64,000 nucleotides of DNA from positions 449,210 through 513,209 of the forward strand of contig JAAEQR010000072.1 of assembly GCA_024231215.1 (NCBI GenBank). The letters run 5' to 3'. Both the position numbers and the translations under genes were made by a program. This stretch comes from PVC group bacterium (GTDB lineage: Bacteria > Omnitrophota > Gorgyraeia > B26-G9). Of the stretch, positions 38,585 to 47,902 are shown piece by piece. Position 1 is the first letter of the stretch; every line of letters starts with the position of its first letter. The notes under the pieces were generated by a model. The model saw only the letters and a list, made by a program, of their open reading frames with translations, searched no databases and was not told the origin of the DNA.

Positions 38585-40276
38585 ATGATTAAATCAGAGT
38601 TAAAATTAGGTGATATTTTAAAAAAGCAAAATCTGCTTACTGAACTAGATCTACAACGGGCGCTTGCTGAACAAAAGCGCAAAGGTGGTAAACTCGGCGA
38701 AATTTTAGTTGAGATGGGGATTGTGACTGATAAAGATATTGCAGTTGCTTTGGCAAAACAATTGCGGGTTATGTTTGTAGATATGGAAAAGGGCTTGCTC
38801 AAGCCTAATATTCATCAGGGATTGGAAAAGCTTATTCCCGAGGAGTATGCTAAAGAGCATTATATATTACCACTTTCTAAACACGGACAAAGTCTCACCG
38901 TAGCGATGATCGACCCTTTAGACCTAATGACTATTGACGATATTATGAAAATGACTGCTTGTGATGTTAGTGTGGTTGTAACTACTTCCGGCGATATGGT
39001 AAAGGGCATTGAGGAGTTTTATGGCAGCAAAGAAATGAGGAAAAAGAATATCCAGGAGAAGTTTATTTTAATGGATTCATCTGGGGGTAAAAAAGATAGA
39101 TTTGATGTCAGAGATGTTGTTTCCGATGCCGATGCCGCGCCGATCGTTAAGTTTGTGGATATAATAATGCTTGAGGCTATTGAGAATGGGGCTTCAGATG
39201 TTCATGTTGAGCATTACGAGCAGAGAGTTAGTTTGCGTTATCGGATTGACGGGGTACTTTATGAGATGAATCCACCGGATCCTAAGATGTATTTTGCAAT
39301 TGTGTCTCGTATAAAAATATTGTCCAAAATGGATATTGCAGAACGCCGGTTACCTCAGGACGGAGCCTTTTCAATTTCCTACAAAGAGAAGGTTATCGAT
39401 GTTCGTGTTTCTTCTATCCCTGCTATTTTTGGGGAGAAAATAGTTATGAGGTTGTTAGACCAGGCCAAACTTCCTCTTGAGTTTGAATTTCTTGGGGTTT
39501 CTGATTTTGAATTAGCTAAGATTAAAGCCGAAATATATAAACCATTTGGTATGATTTTTATTAGCGGACCGACTGGTTCCGGGAAATCAACAACCTTATA
39601 CACTATATTAAATGAAATAAAAACACCTAAGAAGAATATTGTTACAGTTGAAGATCCGGTAGAATATAAACTAGATGGGATTAATCAGGTTCAAGTTAAA
39701 CCTCTTATTGGTTTGAATTTTGCGAATGCGTTACGTTCATTTTTGCGGCAGGATCCGGATATTATGATGGTGGGGGAAGTCCGGGATTTAGAAACTGCGC
39801 AAATGTGTATACGTTCAGCACTTACCGGTCACTTGGTATTTAGCACCTTGCATACTAATGATGCGCCGACTGCAGTAACTAGAATTATGGATATAGGGAT
39901 TGAACCTTTTTTGTTGGTTTCTTCATTACGTTTGATTGTTGCTCAGCGTTTAATTCGTAAGTTGTGTGACGAGTGTAAGCAGGAGATCAAGCCGGATGTT
40001 AGATTTAAGGATATGAAGCTTAACGGTCCGATATATGAAGCCAAAGGCTGTGAGAAATGTCGTTTTAGCGGGTATAGAGGTCGTGTTGGGATTTATGAGT
40101 GTTTACCTATAGGTGTGGAAATTAGAGACATGATTTATTACCGTAAGTCAAGTGATGAGATTAGAATCAGGGCTGAAGAATTAGGCATGCGATCTTTATA
40201 TGAGAGTGGGTTAGAAAAGATGAAACAAGGACTAACTTCGTATGAAGAGGTCTTGGCAGTAACTATTTCCAGTTAA
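38585..40276 (+). CDS. pilB: PilB/GspE assembly ATPase with an N-terminal MshEN-like domain
   Basis: GPTGSGKST, TVEDPVE, LRQDPD, STLHTN, tetracysteine motif; two KLGxxL...LxxQ repeats at the N-terminus. Confidence 0.93.
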   Translation: MIKSELKLGDILKKQNLLTELDLQRALAEQKRKGGKLGEILVEMGIVTDKDIAVALAKQLRVMFVDMEKGLLKPNIHQGLEKLIPEEYAKEHYILPLSKHGQSLTVAMIDPLDLMTIDDIMKMTACDVSVVVTTSGDMVKGIEEFYGSKEMRKKNIQEKFILMDSSGGKKDRFDVRDVVSDADAAPIVKFVDIIMLEAIENGASDVHVEHYEQRVSLRYRIDGVLYEMNPPDPKMYFAIVSRIKILSKMDIAERRLPQDGAFSISYKEKVIDVRVSSIPAIFGEKIVMRLLDQAKLPLEFEFLGVSDFELAKIKAEIYKPFGMIFISGPTGSGKSTTLYTILNEIKTPKKNIVTVEDPVEYKLDGINQVQVKPLIGLNFANALRSFLRQDPDIMMVGEVRDLETAQMCIRSALTGHLVFSTLHTNDAPTAVTRIMDIGIEPFLLVSSLRLIVAQRLIRKLCDECKQEIKPDVRFKDMKLNGPIYEAKGCEKCRFSGYRGRVGIYECLPIGVEIRDMIYYRKSSDEIRIRAEELGMRSLYESGLEKMKQGLTSYEEVLAVTISS

Positions 40277-40358
40277 TCTGCAATCAATATTCCTTTCCCA
40301 AATAAGTGATTATATAGTATATTAGTAATAGATATTAATAAGAAAAGAGAACTTTAAA

Positions 40359-41597
40359 ATGCCGGATTTTCTGTATAAAGCTAGAGATAAAGAAGGTAAT
40401 CTTGTTCAGGGGACAATGGTTGCTGAGTTGCAATCTGAAATTGTGGAGATTTTGCAGCGCAGAGGTTTATTAATCACTTCAATAGAAGAAATTGTTACTA
40501 AGCAAAAGACTCCAAAAACGTTTCTGTCAAGACCCAAAAAAAAAGCCGGTGGTTCTCGCAGGGTAAAGAACGATGATTTGTGTATATTTGCGCGACAGTT
40601 AGGAACATTATTAAATGCCGGGGTTCCATTATTGCGTAGTCTTAGCGTATTGGGTCAGCAAATAGGCAGTATTCCTCTGCAGCGGGCAGTTGAGAGTATA
40701 AAGGAAGATATCCAATCTGGAAGCACGTTAAGAGACGCTTTAGATAAACACCCTAAAGTCTTCTCAAAATTTTGGGTGAATTTGGTGGGAACAGGGGAGG
40801 CTTCTGGGCAGCTGCCTTCGGTTTTAGAGCAAATTGCCGAATATTTTGAAAGTTCCGGAGAATTGCATAGAAAAGTTATTTCTGCGTTGATATATCCGGC
40901 GATTCTAATGTCTGTTTGTTTCTCGGCAATTCTTGTTTTTGTTCTTAAAATAGTGCCTGTTTTTGCCGAGATGTTTGAAGGCTTTAACGCGGACCTGCCG
41001 GCGATCACTCAAAGTCTAGTTGATTTGAGTGCTATTCTTAGAAAATTCGCACTGCCGTTTATGATTTTACTGCCGGTGCTTATATATCTTATGATTCGGT
41101 TAGTTAATACGAATAAAGGGCGGTTGTATTATGATAAATTTCGTCTTCATTTGCCTATTTTTGGTAATTTATTTAGATATATCGCGATTTCCAACTTTGC
41201 GCGTGGTTTAGGGACAATGATTTCTAGTGGTGTTCCTATTCTTTATGCTCTGGAAATTGTAACTAAAACCGTAGGTAATCGTGTAGTAGAAGATTCTTTG
41301 GAAGTAGTCAAAGATAGCGTTCGCGATGGGAAGACAATAGCTGAACCACTTGAACAGACCGGTGTGTTTCCTCCGATGGTTGTGCTTATGGTAAACGTGG
41401 GAGAAGAGACGGGTGAGCTTTCTGATATGCTTAGACACGTGGCAAAATTTTATGACGAAAGAACCTCTATGATCGTGGAACGATTATCGGCATTATTAGA
41501 ACCATTTATGCTTGTTTTTATGGGAGTTGTTGTTGGATTTTTAGTTGTAGCGATGTTTCTGCCTATATTCCAGATGGCCTCAACTATAAAAATGTAA
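40359..41597 (+). CDS. pilC: PilC/GspF platform protein
   Basis: RQLGTLLNAGVP, GEASGQL, GEETGEL, LLEP. Confidence 0.95.
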   Translation: MPDFLYKARDKEGNLVQGTMVAELQSEIVEILQRRGLLITSIEEIVTKQKTPKTFLSRPKKKAGGSRRVKNDDLCIFARQLGTLLNAGVPLLRSLSVLGQQIGSIPLQRAVESIKEDIQSGSTLRDALDKHPKVFSKFWVNLVGTGEASGQLPSVLEQIAEYFESSGELHRKVISALIYPAILMSVCFSAILVFVLKIVPVFAEMFEGFNADLPAITQSLVDLSAILRKFALPFMILLPVLIYLMIRLVNTNKGRLYYDKFRLHLPIFGNLFRYIAISNFARGLGTMISSGVPILYALEIVTKTVGNRVVEDSLEVVKDSVRDGKTIAEPLEQTGVFPPMVVLMVNVGEETGELSDMLRHVAKFYDERTSMIVERLSALLEPFMLVFMGVVVGFLVVAMFLPIFQMASTIKM

Positions 41598-41618
41598 TAA
41601 TTTAAGGAGGCGGTTATA

Positions 41619-42020
41619 ATGCGTAGTAAAGGTTTTTCATTAGTTGAGTTGGTATTGGTTGTTTTGGTAATTGCGATACTGGTTAGTATTTCAGTTCCAA
41701 CATATTTTCAAACTGTAGAAAGAGCTAGAGCGCGAGAGGCCAGGGCTACGTTGGAGTCAATGTTTGCAGCACAGCGTAGTTATTCTGCAGAACGCAGAAC
41801 ATTTATTGATTTGCCTCAGGCGAGTAATCCTGAATGGTTGGCAGTTGGTTTGGAAAATCCCAATCTCAATACTAATAGGGCGTTTGATTATTCTTTGGAT
41901 GAGACAGGAGGCAATGCTTTTGATGCAACTGCTACACGGCGCAGTGGGTATAATGCAGGAGAGATTATCGAAATTGACGAAACCGGTGCGGAGACTGCAA
42001 GTACTAATTGGACTCCGTAG
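41619..42020 (+). CDS. Type IV pilin / PilE-like
   Basis: SKG|FSLVE class III signal; paralogous to 20486-20896. Confidence 0.9.
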   Translation: MRSKGFSLVELVLVVLVIAILVSISVPTYFQTVERARAREARATLESMFAAQRSYSAERRTFIDLPQASNPEWLAVGLENPNLNTNRAFDYSLDETGGNAFDATATRRSGYNAGEIIEIDETGAETASTNWTP

Positions 42021-43166
42021 TTATTGAATTAAAGAGGCAATAGTACGAGCTGCATTTTTGTTTGCTCCGGAAGAGCCTAATTTTAATTTTGCCGCGGTTA
42101 ATTGTAATATTAATTGATCGCGGCTTTTTCTATTCTGTTGAAAAAATCTTAAAGAGCATTCTGTAATATTTTTAGGAGTAGCCTGGAACTGAATAAATTC
42201 CTCAACTATTTTTTCTTCAGCCACAACATTTATAAGCCCAATAAACGGAAGTTTAATGAGAAATTTCGATATGCACCAGGTGAAAAGACTGGTTTTATAA
42301 ACGATAGCCATGGGGATGCCTAATATCGCGGTTTCTAGTGTTGCGGTGCCTGAACATACCCAGGCAAAAAAGCAAACACTTAAAAAATTGTAATTATTTT
42401 CTTTAATGACTTGAATGTTTTCAACTGGATATTTATGAAGCAATTCATTAATGAGTTCATCTTTTATGTTCGGAGATTTTATTAATATAAATTTCGTTTG
42501 CGGCATTTTTTGCGCAAATAATTGAGCACTTTTTAACATTACCGGTAATATTCTTTTTATTTCAACTTCTCTAGATCCCGGAAGGAGTCCAATTATCAGG
42601 TCTTTTTCTGTATAGCTTAATTTCTTTAGTAATAATGACTTAGATTGGGTGTTTTTAACTGTGTCTGTTAAGGGGTGTCCGACAAAAGTTACCGGTACGT
42701 TATTACGTTCATAGAGTTTTTTTTCAAACTCAAAAATAACAATCATATGATCGACGATATCTCGTATAAGATGAACACGTTTTTTACCCCAGGCCCAGAT
42801 TTGAGGACTAATATAATAAATTATTTTAACTTGCGGGCATTCTTTCTTGATACGTTTAGCCAGTCTAAGGTTAAAGCCGGGAAAGTCGATAAGAATAATT
42901 GCTTTGGGTTTAGTTTCCTTGACTTTTCGAATTGTCATCTCAAAAATTTGTTTATATATTTTAAGATGTTTTAGAACTTCAATAAATCCAATTACCGCAT
43001 GCTTGGTCAAATCAGCAAATATTTTCACCCCGGCTTGGGACATTTGTTTGCTGCCAATACCTGATATCTTTAGGTTTGGAGATAATGCTTTTAGTTCCTT
43101 TACCAGATGAGATCCATGCATGTCTGCAGAGGGCTCTCCGGCAATTATAAAAATTGTATCATTCAT
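42021..43166 (-). CDS. lpxB: Lipid-A-disaccharide synthase
   Basis: AGEPSAD, IDFPGFN, SPQIWAW, FVGHP, LPGSR, SGTATLE. Confidence 0.97.
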   Translation of the reverse strand: MNDTIFIIAGEPSADMHGSHLVKELKALSPNLKISGIGSKQMSQAGVKIFADLTKHAVIGFIEVLKHLKIYKQIFEMTIRKVKETKPKAIILIDFPGFNLRLAKRIKKECPQVKIIYYISPQIWAWGKKRVHLIRDIVDHMIVIFEFEKKLYERNNVPVTFVGHPLTDTVKNTQSKSLLLKKLSYTEKDLIIGLLPGSREVEIKRILPVMLKSAQLFAQKMPQTKFILIKSPNIKDELINELLHKYPVENIQVIKENNYNFLSVCFFAWVCSGTATLETAILGIPMAIVYKTSLFTWCISKFLIKLPFIGLINVVAEEKIVEEFIQFQATPKNITECSLRFFQQNRKSRDQLILQLTAAKLKLGSSGANKNAARTIASLIQ

Positions 43167-44083
43167 TTTTTCTTCTGTATTTGTTTGTTAATGGTTAGGG
43201 CAATTTTTAACGCTTGTTTTGCGTCTTTCCCGCAGACGACAGGGTCTTTGCCTTTTTTGATGCAGTCAATGAAAGAACGCAATTCTTCGGCTAGGGGCTG
43301 TTTTTTTGAAACTTCAATCTCTTTACAGGTTATTTTTGTTCCTTTTTTCTTAAAAAGAGTTATTTTCTGAGATGCATAATCAATACTTATATACGTATCT
43401 TTCTGGAATATTCTTATCTTTCGCAATACATCGTTGCTGACTCTACTGGCTGTAATATTACAGACAGTTCCATTTTTAAATACCAGTCGTGTATTAGCAA
43501 TATCTTCAGAGCGAGAGAGTACTTTTACCCCGACGGCGTCACAGCTTTTTAAGGAAGAGCGGATGAGCGAAAGGACTATGTCTATATCATGGATCATTAG
43601 ATCCAATACTACGCTTACATCAGTTCCTCTTTGAGGATAAGGACTTAATCGGTGACATTCAATGAATTGTGCATTCTTGCATAATTTCTGTACAGCTTTT
43701 ACCGCAGGATTGAATCTTTCTACATGGCCTACTTGTAGGATTTGATTGTTTTTGCGTGCAAGACGAATCAGTTTTTCTGCATCTTCGATTGTTGTCGTTA
43801 TAGGTTTTTCCACCATTACGTGGATATTGTTTTTAAGGAAATATTTAGCGATATCAAAATGAGAGGTAGTTGTAGTGGCAATGCTTACAGCATCGACTTT
43901 ATTTAGGATGTCTTTATAGTTAATAAAGCTTTGGGTATTAAAGTGCTGAGCATTGAGCTTGGCTTTTTCTTCGTCGATGTCACAGATTCCGATCAGTTGA
44001 GTATCTTTAAACTCAGAGTAAATCCGGGCGTGAATCTTGCCGAGATGGCCGGCTCCAATTACTGCTACTTTTATTAATTTCAT
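43163..44083 (-). CDS. Gfo/Idh/MocA oxidoreductase, GnnA-like (UDP-GlcNAc 3-dehydrogenase)
   Basis: GAGHLG, EKP, GHVERFNP, DLMIHDID; overlaps the lpxB start. The ATG at 44083 is preferred. Confidence 0.85.
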   Translation of the reverse strand: MKLIKVAVIGAGHLGKIHARIYSEFKDTQLIGICDIDEEKAKLNAQHFNTQSFINYKDILNKVDAVSIATTTTSHFDIAKYFLKNNIHVMVEKPITTTIEDAEKLIRLARKNNQILQVGHVERFNPAVKAVQKLCKNAQFIECHRLSPYPQRGTDVSVVLDLMIHDIDIVLSLIRSSLKSCDAVGVKVLSRSEDIANTRLVFKNGTVCNITASRVSNDVLRKIRIFQKDTYISIDYASQKITLFKKKGTKITCKEIEVSKKQPLAEELRSFIDCIKKGKDPVVCGKDAKQALKIALTINKQIQKKK

Positions 44084-44090
44084 AATAACA

Positions 44091-44165
44091 ACTGTAGCAG
44101 AGTGTAAAGGGGTTGTCAACTATCTGGTTTAATTTGTTGACGTCAGAATGTATTTATAGTATCCT
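44091..44165. promoter_or_regulatory. Back-to-back divergent sigma70 promoters
   Basis: Minus strand TTGACA (44119-44114)-17 nt-TACAGT; plus strand TTGACG (44137-44142)-17 nt-TATCCT. Confidence 0.55.
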
Positions 44166-44176
44166 GTAATGCTATA

Positions 44177-45097
44177 ATGAAAAAGATTATTCGTATAATT
44201 GTATCCTGGATTGGGTATTTTGGCTTTAAGTTTTTAATATATGTGATTAAGCATCTACCTCACAAGATAGTCTATTCTTGTGGAAGTGTTTTGAGTTCGT
44301 TGTACTATGTCTGTGCCAGAAGGAACAGACAATTGGCTTTACGTAATATAAGGCTGGCTTTGGGTGATGAGCTGTCTCTGGTGAGATTAAATTCTGTGGT
44401 CAGGGAAAGTTTCAAGACCATGGGGCAGGTAGTTCTTGATACCATACGGTTTAAAGATTTGCCTAAAGAAAAAATACGAGATTTAATCGCAGTTGAAGGA
44501 TTTGAGAATTTTAAAAAGGCAGTAGAAGGCGGTAAAGGAGTAATTGTTGTAAGTGCCCATATGGGGAGTTTTTCATTGGTAGCGAAACGCTTAACCATAG
44601 AGGGACATAAAGCAAGCTTTGTTGCCAGACATATGCGGGATAAAAAGATGGAAAAGGTTCTTGTTAAATTATGTCGTGAAGCAGGACAAAAAATAATATT
44701 CAATAGTCCTATAGTTGCGTTTTACCGTCGTTGTATTCGTAGTTTGGCGAAAAATGAGAGCGTTATTATCGAGCTTGATCAAAATTTTGGCACTGAAGGG
44801 ATACCGTTAAGTTTTTTTGGCCGACAAGCTATGGTTGCACCCGGGCCGATAGTTTTATCTATAAGGACAGAAGCTCCGATTTTGCCGATGTTTATTGTTA
44901 AAAAGAAGGATAATACGCATGTGTTAAAAATAGAGCCGGCAATTGAGCTTAGTTTTACTGATGACGCCGATAAGGATATGCGTAATAATTTGCAAAAGAT
45001 AATTGATGTTATTGAGGCATATATACGTAGATATCCGGGGCAATGGGTAAACTGGATACATAAACGTTGGGATGTGGGTAAAGAGTCTAAAAGTTGA
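44177..45097 (+). CDS. Lipid A late acyltransferase (LpxL/HtrB family)
   Basis: KGVIVVSAHMG, LDQ, FFGR, PGQW..WIHKRW. Confidence 0.88.
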   Translation: MKKIIRIIVSWIGYFGFKFLIYVIKHLPHKIVYSCGSVLSSLYYVCARRNRQLALRNIRLALGDELSLVRLNSVVRESFKTMGQVVLDTIRFKDLPKEKIRDLIAVEGFENFKKAVEGGKGVIVVSAHMGSFSLVAKRLTIEGHKASFVARHMRDKKMEKVLVKLCREAGQKIIFNSPIVAFYRRCIRSLAKNESVIIELDQNFGTEGIPLSFFGRQAMVAPGPIVLSIRTEAPILPMFIVKKKDNTHVLKIEPAIELSFTDDADKDMRNNLQKIIDVIEAYIRRYPGQWVNWIHKRWDVGKESKS

Positions 45098-45122
45098 CAT
45101 TTTAGGCATAAGCAGATACAAT
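45094..45122 (+). promoter_or_regulatory. sigma70 promoter for hisG
   Basis: TTGACA-17 nt-TACAAT; the -35 overlaps the upstream TGA stop. Confidence 0.7.
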
Positions 45123-45202
45123 ATCTTCTTGTTACTATATATATTAAACTATTATTAATAAAGTACTAAAATATTTTTAATAAACAAAAAGGATGGATTA
45201 AA

Positions 45203-46078
45203 ATGAAAAAAGTTATTAAACTCGGCTTGCCCAAAGGCAGTTTGCAGGAATCTACATTTCGTTTGTTTAAAAAAGCGGGATTTTCTGTTAGTGTCGCTGT
45301 CCGGTCATATTTTCCCTATATCGATGATGAAGAAATAGAACCGGTTTTGATCAGAGCTCAGGAAATACCTCGATATGTAGAGAATGGTGTTTTAGATTGT
45401 GGAATTACAGGAGCTGACTGGATATCGGAAAACAGTGCCAAGGTTGTAGTTATTGCTGATTTGATGTATTCTAAGCAGAGTAAGAATCCTGTTCGTTGGG
45501 TGTTAGCTGTGCCGAATGATTCGAAATTTAAGTCAGTCAAGGGGCTTCAGGGAAAACTTATTGCTACGGAGCTTGTCAATGTTACGAAAAAATATTTGAA
45601 AAAAAATAAAGTAAAGGCAGCTGTGGAGTTTAGCTGGGGATCAACCGAGGCAAAAGTACCTCAATTAGTGGATGCTATTGTGGAATTGACAGAGACTGGT
45701 TCGAGTTTGCGTGCTAATAATTTAAAGATTATTGACACAATTTGTCAGTCTACCACACAGTTTATTGCTAATAAAAATGCCTGGAAGAATGCATGGAAAA
45801 AAGACAAAATGGAAAATATCGCGATGCTGTTTAAGGGGGCGATTGAGGCAGAAGAAAAGGTTGGGTTGAAACTGAATGTGAGTCATAATAATTTAAAAAA
45901 GATACTTTCCTTGCTGCCGGCGATGAATAATCCTACAATTTCCCACTTGAGTCGAGACCGATGGTATGCGATAGAGATAGTTACTGAGGAAAAGATAGTA
46001 AAGAAATTGATCCCAAGGTTAAAGAAAGCCGGGGCAGAAGGGATCATTGAATATAATTTAAGTAAAGTTGTTCCCTGA
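45203..46078 (+). CDS. hisG: ATP phosphoribosyltransferase (long form)
   Basis: [25 protein letters not shown]; C-terminal regulatory domain. Confidence 0.96.
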   Translation: MKKVIKLGLPKGSLQESTFRLFKKAGFSVSVAVRSYFPYIDDEEIEPVLIRAQEIPRYVENGVLDCGITGADWISENSAKVVVIADLMYSKQSKNPVRWVLAVPNDSKFKSVKGLQGKLIATELVNVTKKYLKKNKVKAAVEFSWGSTEAKVPQLVDAIVELTETGSSLRANNLKIIDTICQSTTQFIANKNAWKNAWKKDKMENIAMLFKGAIEAEEKVGLKLNVSHNNLKKILSLLPAMNNPTISHLSRDRWYAIEIVTEEKIVKKLIPRLKKAGAEGIIEYNLSKVVP

Positions 46079-46142
46079 ATAGTTTAAGACTTATAAGGTG
46101 AATAACGGTTCACTAGATAAAAGTTAAGGAGGAGGAAAGTCT

Positions 46143-46238
46143 ATGCCGTGCGGAAAGAAAAGAAAACGCGCAAAGATGTCTAATCACAAGCGGAAAAAAA
46201 GATTAAGAAGAGATAGACATAAGAAGAAAAACAAATAA
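46143..46238 (+). CDS. Small basic protein, AURKAIP1/COX24 (bS22/mS38-like ribosomal protein)
   Basis: Absent from the ORF track: MPCGKKRKRAKMSNHKRKKRLRRDRHKKKNK, with a strong SD AAGGAGGAGG. Confidence 0.85.
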   Translation: MPCGKKRKRAKMSNHKRKKRLRRDRHKKKNK

Positions 46239-46351
46239 GCAGTCGGGTAGTTTTTAAGTTTTCAGATCGTTTATCCTGAAGAGCAGAGTGAAGAAATATC
46301 TAAACATGAAGGCTCAAAAAGGATACTTTTAAATAAAAGGCAGCTTTTGAA

Positions 46352-47902
46352 ATGAAAAAGATAGAGAAAAAATTTTTTCAGTTGATGATCGTATTATCGA
46401 TGTTTTCTTTTATCTTTTGCGGGTGTGCTACCCGGAGTATGTCTCAGAAGCAAAAGTATAATTCTGTTCTTCCTGAGCAGGTCCGACGTAGACATGAACG
46501 GACGGATATCGTTTCCAAGGGATATAGTCATTATCTGCGTGGATTATTATATGAAAGGCAGAATAGTCAGGAAGAAGCACTGAAGGAATTTGAACAGGCC
46601 TCTCGTTATGATCGGGAATCTTCCCCCATTAACATTAAATTAGGGGCGATATATTTCAAAAAGGGAGAGTTTGATAAAGCTGTTATCCAGTTTAAAAAGG
46701 CGCTATCTATAGACCCTGATAATATACAGGTTCGGCTTTTCTTAGGGATAATACATACTACTTTAGGTGATTTTAAAAAGGCAATTAAAGAATACGAAAG
46801 AGTTATAAAAATTGCTCCGGATAATAAGCAGGCTTTTTTGAGCCTAGCGGATATTTATGTTTTGCAGAAGCAAGTAGAAAAGGCCATTCTTCTTTATGAA
46901 CAGCTTATTTCCAAACAAAGCGATAATCCGTACCTCTATTTTAATTTAGGTATGCTTTACAGTCAGATTGATAGGCATGATGATGCTATTTCTTATCTGG
47001 AACAGGCGATTGCTATAGAGCCAAATTATTTAGAAGCATATTTAGGTCTTGGCTTAGTGTATGAGATTAATAAAGAAACGGCTAAATGTCAAGAGGTCTA
47101 TGAACAGGCAATCGCAATAAATTCCAATAGTCCACTTCCTTATTTTCGCTTGGGGCAAATGTTTGTAGAGTGTGGTTTTCATGAAAAGGCAATAGAACAA
47201 TTTCAGAAAGTGTTGGAAATCAATCCTCGTATTGTCGATGCATACTTCGAAAAAGCACATGTTTTGCTGAAAGTTAATAAGGTAGATGAGGCAATAGAGA
47301 CGCTTTTAGCCGCAGAACCTCTGGTGAAGAAAAAGTCGTATGTATTTCTTTTATTGGGATTGGCTAATAGTCTCAAGGAAAACTTTACCGACGCGGAAAT
47401 GTATTATAAAAAAACAATAGAGATAGTTCCGGATGATGACTTAACATATTTTTACTTAGGAGCTCTTTATGAAAAACAAGGTAAAATAGATTTAGCTATA
47501 AAACAATTCTATAAAGCATTGGAACTTAATCCTGATAATGCTGAGGCATGTAATTATTTAGGATATATGTTTGCTGAAGCCGGGGAAAATTTGCCGGAGG
47601 CAGCTCGTTTAATTAAGAAAGCTTTAAAGATAGATCCGGATAACGGTGCTTATGTTGATTCATTGGGGTGGGTTTACTATAAGCAGGGAAAAATTGCCGA
47701 ATCTCTAAAGTATTTAGAGCGGGCGGTGAAATTGCTGAATACAGATGCGGTAATTTATGACCACCTCGGAGACGTTTATTATAAAAAGGGGAAGTTATCT
47801 AAAGCCCGCGCTCAGTGGGAAAAATCATTGCAGATTGATTCTGAACAGACTAAAATTCGGGAAAAGTTGAATAATCTGCGATTAGAAAAGGAGAAAAAAT
47901 GA
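46352..47902 (+). CDS. TPR-repeat lipoprotein
   Basis: Lipobox FCGC; many TPR repeats; NYLGY and DSLGW motifs. Confidence 0.88.
   Translation: MKKIEKKFFQLMIVLSMFSFIFCGCATRSMSQKQKYNSVLPEQVRRRHERTDIVSKGYSHYLRGLLYERQNSQEEALKEFEQASRYDRESSPINIKLGAIYFKKGEFDKAVIQFKKALSIDPDNIQVRLFLGIIHTTLGDFKKAIKEYERVIKIAPDNKQAFLSLADIYVLQKQVEKAILLYEQLISKQSDNPYLYFNLGMLYSQIDRHDDAISYLEQAIAIEPNYLEAYLGLGLVYEINKETAKCQEVYEQAIAINSNSPLPYFRLGQMFVECGFHEKAIEQFQKVLEINPRIVDAYFEKAHVLLKVNKVDEAIETLLAAEPLVKKKSYVFLLLGLANSLKENFTDAEMYYKKTIEIVPDDDLTYFYLGALYEKQGKIDLAIKQFYKALELNPDNAEACNYLGYMFAEAGENLPEAARLIKKALKIDPDNGAYVDSLGWVYYKQGKIAESLKYLERAVKLLNTDAVIYDHLGDVYYKKGKLSKARAQWEKSLQIDSEQTKIREKLNNLRLEKEKK

Noticed and set aside
46270-46328. CTGAAGAG plus hairpin TATCCT..GAGC...GCTC..AGGATA after the small ribosomal protein gene
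   Set aside because: Hammerhead stems cannot be built; probably just a 3' UTR hairpin.
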